NCBI GenBank assembly: GCA_947586825.1
Contig: CANPXU010000001.1
Span: 11,815-75,814, forward strand
DNA length: 64,000 nucleotides
Reading direction: 5' to 3'
Source of the DNA: an uncultured Bacilli bacterium
GTDB lineage: Bacteria; Bacillota_I; Bacilli_A; RF39; UBA660
Below, piece by piece: positions 57,049-64,000 of this stretch (within the stretch, counting starts at the first letter, position 1; every line of letters starts with the position of its first letter). The notes under the pieces are model-generated. The model was not told where the DNA came from and made no database searches. It was given only the letters and a program-made list of their open reading frames with translations. Both the position numbers and the translations under genes were made by a program.

Positions 57049-57626
57049 ATATTATCCTTTATAACTTTTACTAGTTTATCTTTTAATATTGCAAATCTTG
57101 GCATATTAATAACTTCTTCATAATCTAGCCATTTATAATCTCTAGATTCCGAAGTATCTATTTTAATATCTTGCTCCTTTTCGATTAAGAAAAGATAACG
57201 AAAATCATAATGATAATGGCTAGGTAAGTTAAGTCTTTCATTATAGCTTATGTGTTGAGTATCTATATCAAGAGGAATTAAATTATTTTCATTGCAAGAA
57301 AGAACCTTAAAATCATATAGACCGGTTTCTTCAGAGCACTCTCTTAAAGCAGTATCCAAAGGTGTTTTATCTTCCTTATCAACATGACCACCGGGATAAA
57401 GATACATCTTTAAATCCTTATGGTATAAGAACAAAAAACGTTTAGTTTTACGGACATAAATAAAAGCTCCTGCGACAAGATGACCCGTAAAATTATTCCA
57501 ATCTGCTATTTCAAGAGAAGAATGCTTTTGTAAATAATCATAAAACTGTTTTTGTCTTTCTTTTTCTTCAGGATATAGTTTTAAATACTCATTTAATATT
57601 TCTAATACTATCTCTTTCATATTCAT
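57045..57626 (-). CDS. NUDIX hydrolase
   Basis: Nudix box GGHVDKEDKTPLDTALRECSEETGL. 4-nt overlap with the GNAT gene. Confidence 0.8.
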   Translation of the reverse strand: MNMKEIVLEILNEYLKLYPEEKERQKQFYDYLQKHSSLEIADWNNFTGHLVAGAFIYVRKTKRFLFLYHKDLKMYLYPGGHVDKEDKTPLDTALRECSEETGLYDFKVLSCNENNLIPLDIDTQHISYNERLNLPSHYHYDFRYLFLIEKEQDIKIDTSESRDYKWLDYEEVINMPRFAILKDKLVKVIKDNI

Positions 57627-57696
57627 TTATTATTTTATCAAAATATATTATATTCTAACAATACATTTTTATTGTATAATATATACGGTGATATAA

Positions 57697-58245
57697 ATGA
57701 AGGAAGAATTACAACAATTTCTAAACAAAATGAAAACCATTGAATATGGTTGGATAGATAAAGATGGTAATAAATATATTAACCATATTGTTAAAAATAA
57801 ATTTTTAACTGATTACTATTTACAAAAGCCAAGTGAAGTATGGAAGAATCGAATAGGCATATGTTGGGATCAAGTTGAAGTAGAAAGAGAATTTCTTACT
57901 AAAAAAGATATACCTTTCAAAAGCTTTTTAATCCTTTATGATGATGGCCTTAAGTTTCCTAATCATACCTTTGTTATTTTCAAATTAGGTAAAGAATATG
58001 GCTGGATAGAAAATACTTATAAAAATGTTAAAGATGAAATAAGATACTACAAGACTTTAAAAGAGGCTTTAGAGAATGTCAAAAAAGAATTTATATCAGA
58101 AAATGATCTACAAATTATTGGTAATAAATTATACTACTTTGCTTATGATAAACCTAAATATGGTATTGGCTATGAAGAGTTTGCTAAACACTGCCAAATG
58201 GGCATTAAAGCAAATGAAGACTTTAAAAACGTTGATACATTTTAA
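57697..58245 (+). CDS. Hypothetical protein, possibly transglutaminase/papain-like fold
   Basis: 182 aa. GICWDQVEVEREFL ... HTFVIF ... WIEN suggests a Cys-His-(Glu/Asp) arrangement. Weak call. Confidence 0.3.
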   Translation: MKEELQQFLNKMKTIEYGWIDKDGNKYINHIVKNKFLTDYYLQKPSEVWKNRIGICWDQVEVEREFLTKKDIPFKSFLILYDDGLKFPNHTFVIFKLGKEYGWIENTYKNVKDEIRYYKTLKEALENVKKEFISENDLQIIGNKLYYFAYDKPKYGIGYEEFAKHCQMGIKANEDFKNVDTF

Positions 58246-58246
58246 G

Positions 58247-58268
58247 AAGGACGAAAGTCCTTTTTTTA
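58247..58268 (+). terminator. Intrinsic terminator
   Basis: AAGGAC-GAAA-GTCCTT followed by a T-run, immediately after the stop at 58245. Confidence 0.6.
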
Positions 58269-58343
58269 TTTGGCAAATAAAAAACCTATCTTTCATTTAA
58301 GAAAAATAGGTTAAATAAAAGGAAAAGGATTTCTCCAAAAAAA

Positions 58344-60137
58344 TTAAATTTCGAATTTCTTTTTAATTGAATATCCTAAGCCTGCAACACCTAATACAGC
58401 GACAGCTCCACCAACTAAGTAAAGAGGTAGACTATCTAATGTATTTGGATTTCCTTCAGGGTTTTCTTCTGTTTCAGACCCACTTCCTGGAGTTGATTCT
58501 GCAGGTTTATCATCAGGTTTAGTAGGCTGATTTTCTGGAGTATCAGGAACAACTGGAACGTCATTACCCTCATAGAATACTAATATTGTTGTATCAGCAT
58601 TAAATTTAGTATCTTCTTCAGATATTGCTTTTCCATTTACAGCAAAATACATAAATTTTCTATCTGAAGCTGTTTTAATAGCTTCAAGTTTTTCTAGGTC
58701 TTCTCCGGTTAAATCGCTTAATGATGTACCAGGATTAACCCAGATTTCATAATTACCAATACTTAATATTACATAATATGTAGCATGTATTTTTGTATTT
58801 TCAGCAAATGCAGAAGAATCAACTAGTTTTACTTCCTTTGTATCATAATAGTTATTAATATGTTGACCTTCTACATCTAACATTGCATCTAATTTAGCTT
58901 TACCAGTTTCAGATAATTCTCCAAAAGTTTGACCTTTAAATAGGCTTACTTTATCGTCTTTACCATCAACAGTTAAAGTGACAAACCAAATTGCCTCATC
59001 AGATTTACTAGCCACTTTTACAACGTGAGTAGAATCAGGAGTAGTAACACCTATTTCATTTTCTGTATAGTTGTAAACTCTAATGACACCATCACCAGTA
59101 TTAGTACCAACTTCTACAGTTTTATCATCATCTAAAGTATATACATAATACTTATTATCAACATGAACAACGCCTGTTAATCCAGATGCAGGAGCATCAA
59201 ATGATCCATTAGCAAATTGTCCTACATTTAGCTTAACATTATTTCCACTACCAGTAGCAACTGTTAATTTAGCAGCGGTATAAGGAACAGTAACAGTTCC
59301 AGCATTTAAAGTAGCATTTCCTGTAAGAGCTAGGCCTGAACCGGTAACACCGATATCCCCATCTGACCCATTATTATTACTAGTAACAACAGCATTATCA
59401 CTTATAGTACCACTAGTAAAAATTCCTGAATATTTGTTATTTACTACAGTTATTTTAGCATTATCTTCAGCAGTTAAGCCATTAGCTGTAGTTAAACCAC
59501 GATCGTTATCATGAGAATAATATTCACTATTTTCAGATACAATCATATTTCCAATATTTGCAGCACCAGCACAATTAGAAACTTCTACATTTCCGCCATT
59601 TTTAATGACAACAGCATTAGTACGTAAAGCGGTGTGTCCATACCCAGAAATAGAAACCTTTCCACCATCTACTTCAAGAGTACCTTCGTTAGTATTCCAT
59701 CCTTTTTCGCTTCTCTTACTAATAGCAATAGTATTTCCGCCAGAAGTCCTAGCATCTAACTCACCTGTAACAACTAATTTAGCATTAGTATCCAGCAAAA
59801 CATTAATAAGTTTGTTATTTTGAATATCACCAGAACCTGTAACGTATGCATCAGCATCTTCTCTAACCGCAAAGTTAGTTAAAGTTAATTTTCCAGATAC
59901 TGTTAGCGTTTGACTACTATCAACAACAATTCTTCTATTGTCTACAGTAATATTTTCATCAAGATCAAAATTACCAGTAACTTTAATAACACGTGCAAAG
60001 CTATCAGTTAAACAGTCTTTGAAATCACTTTTATTAGCTGCGGTACAAACGCCACCATTTACGTTTGCAGCATTAACACCAGCTACTGCTACACATGAAG
60101 CAAGCATGCCCGTCAAAAATAATTTTAAATTTTTCAT
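58344..60137 (-). CDS. Variable surface protein 1 (beta-helix-like G/N/T/V-rich passenger; signal peptide; conserved C-terminal anchor)
   Basis: 597 aa. MKNLKLFLTGMLASCVAVAGVNA-A signal peptide. P/E/T-rich stalk. C-terminus NPNTLDSLPLYLVGGAVAVLGVAGLGYSIKKKFEI. Confidence 0.7.
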   Translation of the reverse strand: MKNLKLFLTGMLASCVAVAGVNAANVNGGVCTAANKSDFKDCLTDSFARVIKVTGNFDLDENITVDNRRIVVDSSQTLTVSGKLTLTNFAVREDADAYVTGSGDIQNNKLINVLLDTNAKLVVTGELDARTSGGNTIAISKRSEKGWNTNEGTLEVDGGKVSISGYGHTALRTNAVVIKNGGNVEVSNCAGAANIGNMIVSENSEYYSHDNDRGLTTANGLTAEDNAKITVVNNKYSGIFTSGTISDNAVVTSNNNGSDGDIGVTGSGLALTGNATLNAGTVTVPYTAAKLTVATGSGNNVKLNVGQFANGSFDAPASGLTGVVHVDNKYYVYTLDDDKTVEVGTNTGDGVIRVYNYTENEIGVTTPDSTHVVKVASKSDEAIWFVTLTVDGKDDKVSLFKGQTFGELSETGKAKLDAMLDVEGQHINNYYDTKEVKLVDSSAFAENTKIHATYYVILSIGNYEIWVNPGTSLSDLTGEDLEKLEAIKTASDRKFMYFAVNGKAISEEDTKFNADTTILVFYEGNDVPVVPDTPENQPTKPDDKPAESTPGSGSETEENPEGNPNTLDSLPLYLVGGAVAVLGVAGLGYSIKKKFEI

Positions 60138-60203
60138 TTTATCATTCTTCCTTTCTTAAAATATTTTTTGGAACGTATCCTCCTTCCTTTATTTTATAAG
60201 TCC

Positions 60204-60234
60204 ATTATATATATATATATATATATATTGTCAA
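60204..60234 (-). promoter_or_regulatory. Promoter of surface gene 1: TTGACA - 19-nt (AT)n spacer - TATAAT
   Basis: Plus strand has ATTATA at 60204-60209 and TGTCAA at 60229-60234. The spacer 60210-60228 is entirely alternating A/T. Confidence 0.65.
60206..60228. repeat. (TA)n microsatellite, 23-nt uninterrupted alternating run
   Basis: Counted directly from the sequence. Confidence 0.9.
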
Positions 60235-60293
60235 GGGTTTTGGAAGCTTATTGGAGTAAATAAAATCATCTATAACATTTATATTCTTTAACA

Positions 60294-60325
60294 CAAAAAA
60301 ATCCCATTTTCTATTAGAAAATGGG
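60294..60325 (-). terminator. Intrinsic terminator of surface gene 2
   Basis: CCCATTTTC-TATTA-GAAAATGGG (60303-60325), followed on the minus strand by ATTTTTTT. Confidence 0.7.
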
Positions 60326-60358
60326 TTTAATAAAAGGAAAAGGATTACCTATAAAATA

Positions 60359-61795
60359 TTAATTTTCAAATTTCTTTTTAATTGAATAACCTAAAGCTAC
60401 TAATCCAGTACAAGCAATAGCACTTAATATTAAATAACTACCAATACTATCTACTGTATCAGGGTTAGATGTAGTTCCAGCATTTGCTTGATCTTCATAT
60501 GCAAGTGCATAGGTAGAGAACTTGTCAGTAGCAAAGCTTAATTCTGTTCCATCTTCAGATAATACTGTTTTAAGAACTTCAACTTTACCATCATGTTCTC
60601 TTAAAATATAATATACTCTTGTATAGCCTTCTTTTACTTCAGGTAAATCTTCAGGCACTTTAACTGTAAGAGTAATTTCTTCATCTAATTCATGTAAATT
60701 GCGAATTGTCGTACCAGCTTTTACCAAAACACTAATATCTAAATATTTAGATATTGTTGCGTCAGGTAAAGCATCAGCAAATTCTTTCTTCTTATCATCA
60801 TCTACTGTCGTCTCTTTAGCTTCAAGTACAACAGTTACATCATTGTTTTCTATTAACTCTTTTAATTCTTCATCAGTAGTATTAAGTAATGATTCTTTTA
60901 ATACATCACTTGTTTCAGAATCAGTTGTTACAACGTCATCAGCGCCAGGGATTTCAGGAGTTATTTCTACAGGCTTAACCATAACTTTACCATAGCTATC
61001 AACAATATAACCATCAGGTATAAATGCTGACATATCTTGTGGTTCAGATACAAAAGTCTCTGGATCTTGACGGTCGAATTGACCACCTGTAATAATAGTT
61101 TCAGAGCCAGTGACAGGGGCTACAGTTTGAATTTTTTTGCCAGTCATATCTCTAAATATTCCACCTGTAATATTCATTTTTGCATTTTGGCTATTTACAA
61201 CAGCAGGCATATCAGCTTGATAACTTTGATCAAATTGACCACCACTTATATTAGCTGTACCTGCATTCCATAAGCCATAGTTTTTTTCATATAATGTTGA
61301 AACTCTTCCACCAGAAACGTTAATAGTAGCTCCTGCTAAGTTTCTAATACCATAAACAGACGCAATTTGTGGTGAAATAAATCCGCCTTCTAAATTTAAT
61401 TCGCCATAATTATCAATTATTGCTTGTTGAAGTTGGCTTTCAGGATATGCTTTTGTTCTCGTAATGCTTCCACTTGTACCACTATCTTTAATAGTTAAAG
61501 TACCATTTTTTTCAACTTTAATTGTGGGACAATCTACTTGTAATTTTCCTTCTTCAATAGTGTTATTTAAAGTGTGCCCATTTAAATCAAGAACAACTTT
61601 TTCGCCATCTTTTACCTCTAAGTTAAATTCTGCAGTTTTAAGTAGTTTAATAGTTGTAACTTCGTCATCTTCAGTTACTTCAACAGAATCTTTATAAGGA
61701 TCTTCTTTTAAATCTGTTATAGTAGCAGCATTAACAGTAACAACCATTGCAAACATTGCAATCATAGCCATTGTGAATAATTTTAATTTCTTCAT
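60359..61795 (-). CDS. Variable surface protein 2
   Basis: 478 aa. MKKLKLFTMAMIAMFAMVVTVNA-A signal peptide. C-terminus NPDTVDSIGSYLILSAIACTGLVALGYSIKKKFEN. Confidence 0.7.
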   Translation of the reverse strand: MKKLKLFTMAMIAMFAMVVTVNAATITDLKEDPYKDSVEVTEDDEVTTIKLLKTAEFNLEVKDGEKVVLDLNGHTLNNTIEEGKLQVDCPTIKVEKNGTLTIKDSGTSGSITRTKAYPESQLQQAIIDNYGELNLEGGFISPQIASVYGIRNLAGATINVSGGRVSTLYEKNYGLWNAGTANISGGQFDQSYQADMPAVVNSQNAKMNITGGIFRDMTGKKIQTVAPVTGSETIITGGQFDRQDPETFVSEPQDMSAFIPDGYIVDSYGKVMVKPVEITPEIPGADDVVTTDSETSDVLKESLLNTTDEELKELIENNDVTVVLEAKETTVDDDKKKEFADALPDATISKYLDISVLVKAGTTIRNLHELDEEITLTVKVPEDLPEVKEGYTRVYYILREHDGKVEVLKTVLSEDGTELSFATDKFSTYALAYEDQANAGTTSNPDTVDSIGSYLILSAIACTGLVALGYSIKKKFEN

Positions 61796-61860
61796 ATTTC
61801 TTTCTTCCTTTCTTAAAATAATATTTGGAATGCATCCTCCTTCCTTTATTTTATAAGTCC

Positions 61861-61889
61861 ATTATATATATATATATATATATTGTCAA
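61861..61889 (-). promoter_or_regulatory. Promoter of surface gene 2: TTGACA - 17-nt (AT)n spacer - TATAAT
   Basis: Plus strand has ATTATA at 61861-61866 and TGTCAA at 61884-61889. The spacer is 61867-61883. Confidence 0.7.
61863..61883. repeat. (TA)n microsatellite, 21-nt uninterrupted alternating run
   Basis: Counted directly from the sequence. Confidence 0.9.
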
Positions 61890-61937
61890 GGTTTTTTGGC
61901 TATGTGAGGGACTTATAAAATGTAAACTTTTTGTCAT

Positions 61938-61967
61938 TAAAAATCCCATTTCCAATTAGGAAATGGG
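61938..61967 (-). terminator. Intrinsic terminator of surface gene 3
   Basis: CCCATTTCC-AATTA-GGAAATGGG (61945-61967), followed on the minus strand by ATTTTTAA. Confidence 0.7.
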
Positions 61968-61999
61968 TTTAATAAAAGGAAAAGGATTCAAATCAATCT

Positions 62000-63619
62000 C
62001 TAGTCTTCAAGTTTCTTTTTAATTGAGTAACCTAGTGCTATTAGACTAGCTATTGCTATAGCACCACCTGCTAAATAAACAGGAATGCTATCTAAAGTAT
62101 TAGGTATTTCAGTTTCAGGTTTATTTGACTCAGCAGTAACTTCTTTTAGTCCTGCAATTGCAGTATTAAGTTCCTCGGTTACAGTGTCAATTTCATCTTG
62201 ATGAGCTTTAGATAATTCAGGATCTAATTCATATGCTTTTTCAATAGCAGCAGCTAATGCAGCATATGATTCTTCAGTATAATCAGTTGGATCAATTTCT
62301 ATAGCTTTAGCTAAAGCTTCATCTAATGCAGTATAATCAGCCTTTTCTTCAAAAGCAACTGTTACAGTTACTTCGTTAGCAGGCATTACGAATGTAAGTA
62401 CATTATTAATTCTACTATATTCTACTGCCTTACCATCTTTATCAACTATTGTAATTTCGCCTAGTACATAACCTTCATCAGGTTCTAATGTTACTGTAAC
62501 TGTTTGACCAGTTATAGCATTTTCTTTATCAGCAGTAACCGTACCATTTGTAGGAGCAGTAACTTTTACAAGTGATTCTAATCCAACATAAGTAACTCCA
62601 TTTTCAACATAAGTTTTATAACCTTCTGCTAAATATTCTGAATTAAATGCATATTGATCTATAAATTCTCCACCATAGATGATATTATACAAGTCATCAG
62701 AATGAACTGCCTTATGCATATTGCTCTTTGTTTCAAAGATTCCATCATTAACCTTTACTGATAATGCTTCATAATTTTTAGTACCATCCTTTTTTGTAGG
62801 TATTGCATTTATATGTAAAGCGTCATTATTATTAGCAATAAATGTTCCGCCGTTAAATATCCAATTTCCTTTAGTAATAGGAATTGTTATTCCTGAATTT
62901 GCAGTATAACTTCCGCCTTCAAAAGTTACATAAGTGGTTTTAGTTGGAGCAGTATCCGAATCATCCGCGATAACTGATAATCCTGTATTCCAAGTTCCAT
63001 TTAAGGTTATTTGAACTTGACTAGATACTAATAAACCATGTCCATATGGAACACTTATAACAGTATCATCACTTGTAACTAGTTTTGCAACATTATCTTT
63101 ATCAAGTCCACTAACAGTAATAGCGCTTGAATCTTCTTCTATCTCGTCAGAGTATCCTGCAGTGACATTAATAGTTAATTTAGATGTTTTTAAGGATGCC
63201 CCTTGAAAAACATAAATTGCTGAAAGTCCAGTAGATTCTGATACTATAGTACCATTCTTTAATTCAACGTTAGCTACATCTTCAATAGAAAAGCTATTAT
63301 CATTAGTAAATGTTATTGTGTGACCATTTAAATCTAAAACAATGTCTCCTTCTTTAGCCTCAAGGTCTCCATCGCCATTAAACACAAGGTCTCTATCTAG
63401 AGTAATATTCGATCCGGATTTAAGAATTATATCTTGGCAAGATTTTTTATTATTATTCCATTTGGCAGAAATAGCGGCTTCTAAATCATTTACATTATCA
63501 ACGATGCATTCTTGATCTGCGTTTGCATATGCAGGTCTATCAACAGCTGCTGCACTAACTGCACCAATTGATAATCCCATTGCAAGCATGCTTACAACAA
63601 ATAATTTTAATTTCTTCAT
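62000..63619 (-). CDS. Variable surface protein 3
   Basis: 539 aa. MKKLKLFVVSMLAMGLSIGAVSA-A signal peptide. C-terminus IPNTLDSIPVYLAGGAIAIASLIALGYSIKKKLED. Shares VLDLNGHT with protein 2. Confidence 0.7.
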   Translation of the reverse strand: MKKLKLFVVSMLAMGLSIGAVSAAAVDRPAYANADQECIVDNVNDLEAAISAKWNNNKKSCQDIILKSGSNITLDRDLVFNGDGDLEAKEGDIVLDLNGHTITFTNDNSFSIEDVANVELKNGTIVSESTGLSAIYVFQGASLKTSKLTINVTAGYSDEIEEDSSAITVSGLDKDNVAKLVTSDDTVISVPYGHGLLVSSQVQITLNGTWNTGLSVIADDSDTAPTKTTYVTFEGGSYTANSGITIPITKGNWIFNGGTFIANNNDALHINAIPTKKDGTKNYEALSVKVNDGIFETKSNMHKAVHSDDLYNIIYGGEFIDQYAFNSEYLAEGYKTYVENGVTYVGLESLVKVTAPTNGTVTADKENAITGQTVTVTLEPDEGYVLGEITIVDKDGKAVEYSRINNVLTFVMPANEVTVTVAFEEKADYTALDEALAKAIEIDPTDYTEESYAALAAAIEKAYELDPELSKAHQDEIDTVTEELNTAIAGLKEVTAESNKPETEIPNTLDSIPVYLAGGAIAIASLIALGYSIKKKLED

Positions 63620-63686
63620 ATTATCAATCTCCCTTTCTTAAAATATTTGTTTGGAAAATATCCTCCTTCCTTTATTTTATAAGTCC

Positions 63687-63717
63687 ATTATATATATATA
63701 TATATATATAAAGTCAA
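63687..63717 (-). promoter_or_regulatory. Promoter of surface gene 3: TTGACT - 19-nt (AT)n-containing spacer - TATAAT
   Basis: Plus strand has ATTATA at 63687-63692 and AGTCAA at 63712-63717. The spacer is 63693-63711. Confidence 0.6.
63689..63710. repeat. (TA)n microsatellite, 22-nt uninterrupted alternating run
   Basis: Counted directly from the sequence. Confidence 0.9.
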
Positions 63718-63797
63718 GGGTTTCAAAAGCATTTTCCTATATAAAATTAGACATAAAAAAGCCACTTTTTGGCATAAAAATGGCTTTAAATAAATTT

Positions 63798-64000
63798 CTA
63801 AATTTTTTCACAATTCACTTCGTTCTTATAAATTATATTAACATAGCCACTATAAGTCCTAGCCCATACCTCATCATTCATAATAAATATCTCTAAAGCA
63901 TCAAATAAAGTACCTGTTCTATAAAAGGCTGGAGCTAAAGGATTAGTACTTGTCGCATTCTTTTGTCCATCTTTAGTTAAACATTCTACCCTTTTTTGAG
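63798..64000 (-). CDS. 3' end of an unidentified gene entering from the right edge (partial)
   Basis: Not in the ORF track because the start is off-window. The minus-strand frame from 63998 reads QKRVECLTKDGQKNATSTNPLAPAFYRTGTLFDALEIFIMNDEVWARTYSGYVNIIYKNEVNCEKI* with stop TAG at 63800-63798. A hairpin AAAGCCATTTTT..AAAAAGTGGCTTT follows. Confidence 0.5.
   Translation of the reverse strand, partial: QKRVECLTKDGQKNATSTNPLAPAFYRTGTLFDALEIFIMNDEVWARTYSGYVNIIYKNEVNCEKI

Noticed and set aside
1618-63896. Many 60-140-aa ORFs in the track lie antisense to, or in alternative frames of, long genes. Examples: 1618-1806, 4659-5006, 6318-6668, 6817-7059, 7861-8085, 8623-9126, 11983-12255, 16119-16439, 17525-18103, 18406-18600, 19112-19816, 19997-20179, 21124-21592, 22879-23199, 26913-27161, 27273-27485, 27974-28228, 38553-38804, 39525-39728, 41994-42410, 44248-44430, 46922-47408, 48979-49206, 51920-52156, 58076-58300, 59605-60159, 60699-61697, 63651-63896.
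   Set aside because: They overlap much longer ORFs with recognisable domains. They have low-complexity S/L/F/I-rich translations typical of shadow frames in AT-rich DNA, and they lack RBSs. None is reported as a gene.

Overview
This is a 64-kb chromosomal segment from a very AT-rich, walled, low-GC Gram-positive bacterium (Bacillota-like). It uses the standard genetic code, has strong GGAGG ribosome-binding sites, and about 85% of genes lie on the minus strand. Gene order: (1) 1-12.8 kb holds an ABC-transporter-dependent cell-wall glycopolymer locus. It contains a partial triple-GT2 glycosyltransferase missing from the ORF track, a CapE/FnlA-type UDP-2-acetamido-2,6-dideoxy-L-hexose pathway, another GT2, an ABC-2 exporter, a ligase-like::TagA-like fusion and TagO. 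The locus is interrupted by an AAA/DUF4143 ATPase gene flanked by a decayed partial duplicate of tagO and 3 x 33-bp tandem repeats. (2) 12.9-17.3 kb holds a DUF3800 gene and a cohesin-like membrane protein next to a dockerin-bearing SH3/GH73 peptidoglycan hydrolase. (3) 17.3-35.4 kb is housekeeping: ZupT, PgeF, thermonuclease, Hsp20, a T-box-controlled HD-valS operon, three tandem paralogous membrane proteins, a reduced sufC-sufD'-sufS-sufU cluster, an ltaS-hyp-LCP operon and tRNA-Gly(GCC). (4) 35.6-46.2 kb is a block of cytoplasmic orphan genes, including a 1609-aa repeat protein, a 703-aa protein and a ProA-like protein lacking the catalytic-Cys segment. (5) 46.3-58.3 kb holds envelope and miscellaneous genes: a CAP-domain protein, DUF2207/LemA, an OatA-like protein, two tandem dCTP-deaminase paralogs with complementary motif loss, and NUDIX-GNAT-DinJ. 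(6) 58.3-63.7 kb holds three paralogous surface-protein cassettes. In each, the promoter -35/-10 spacer is a (TA)n tract, with spacers of 19, 17 and 19 nt. The strongest leads are these putative phase-variable promoters and the orphan operon beside tRNA-Gly. No CRISPR array, rRNA, transposase or integrase was seen.
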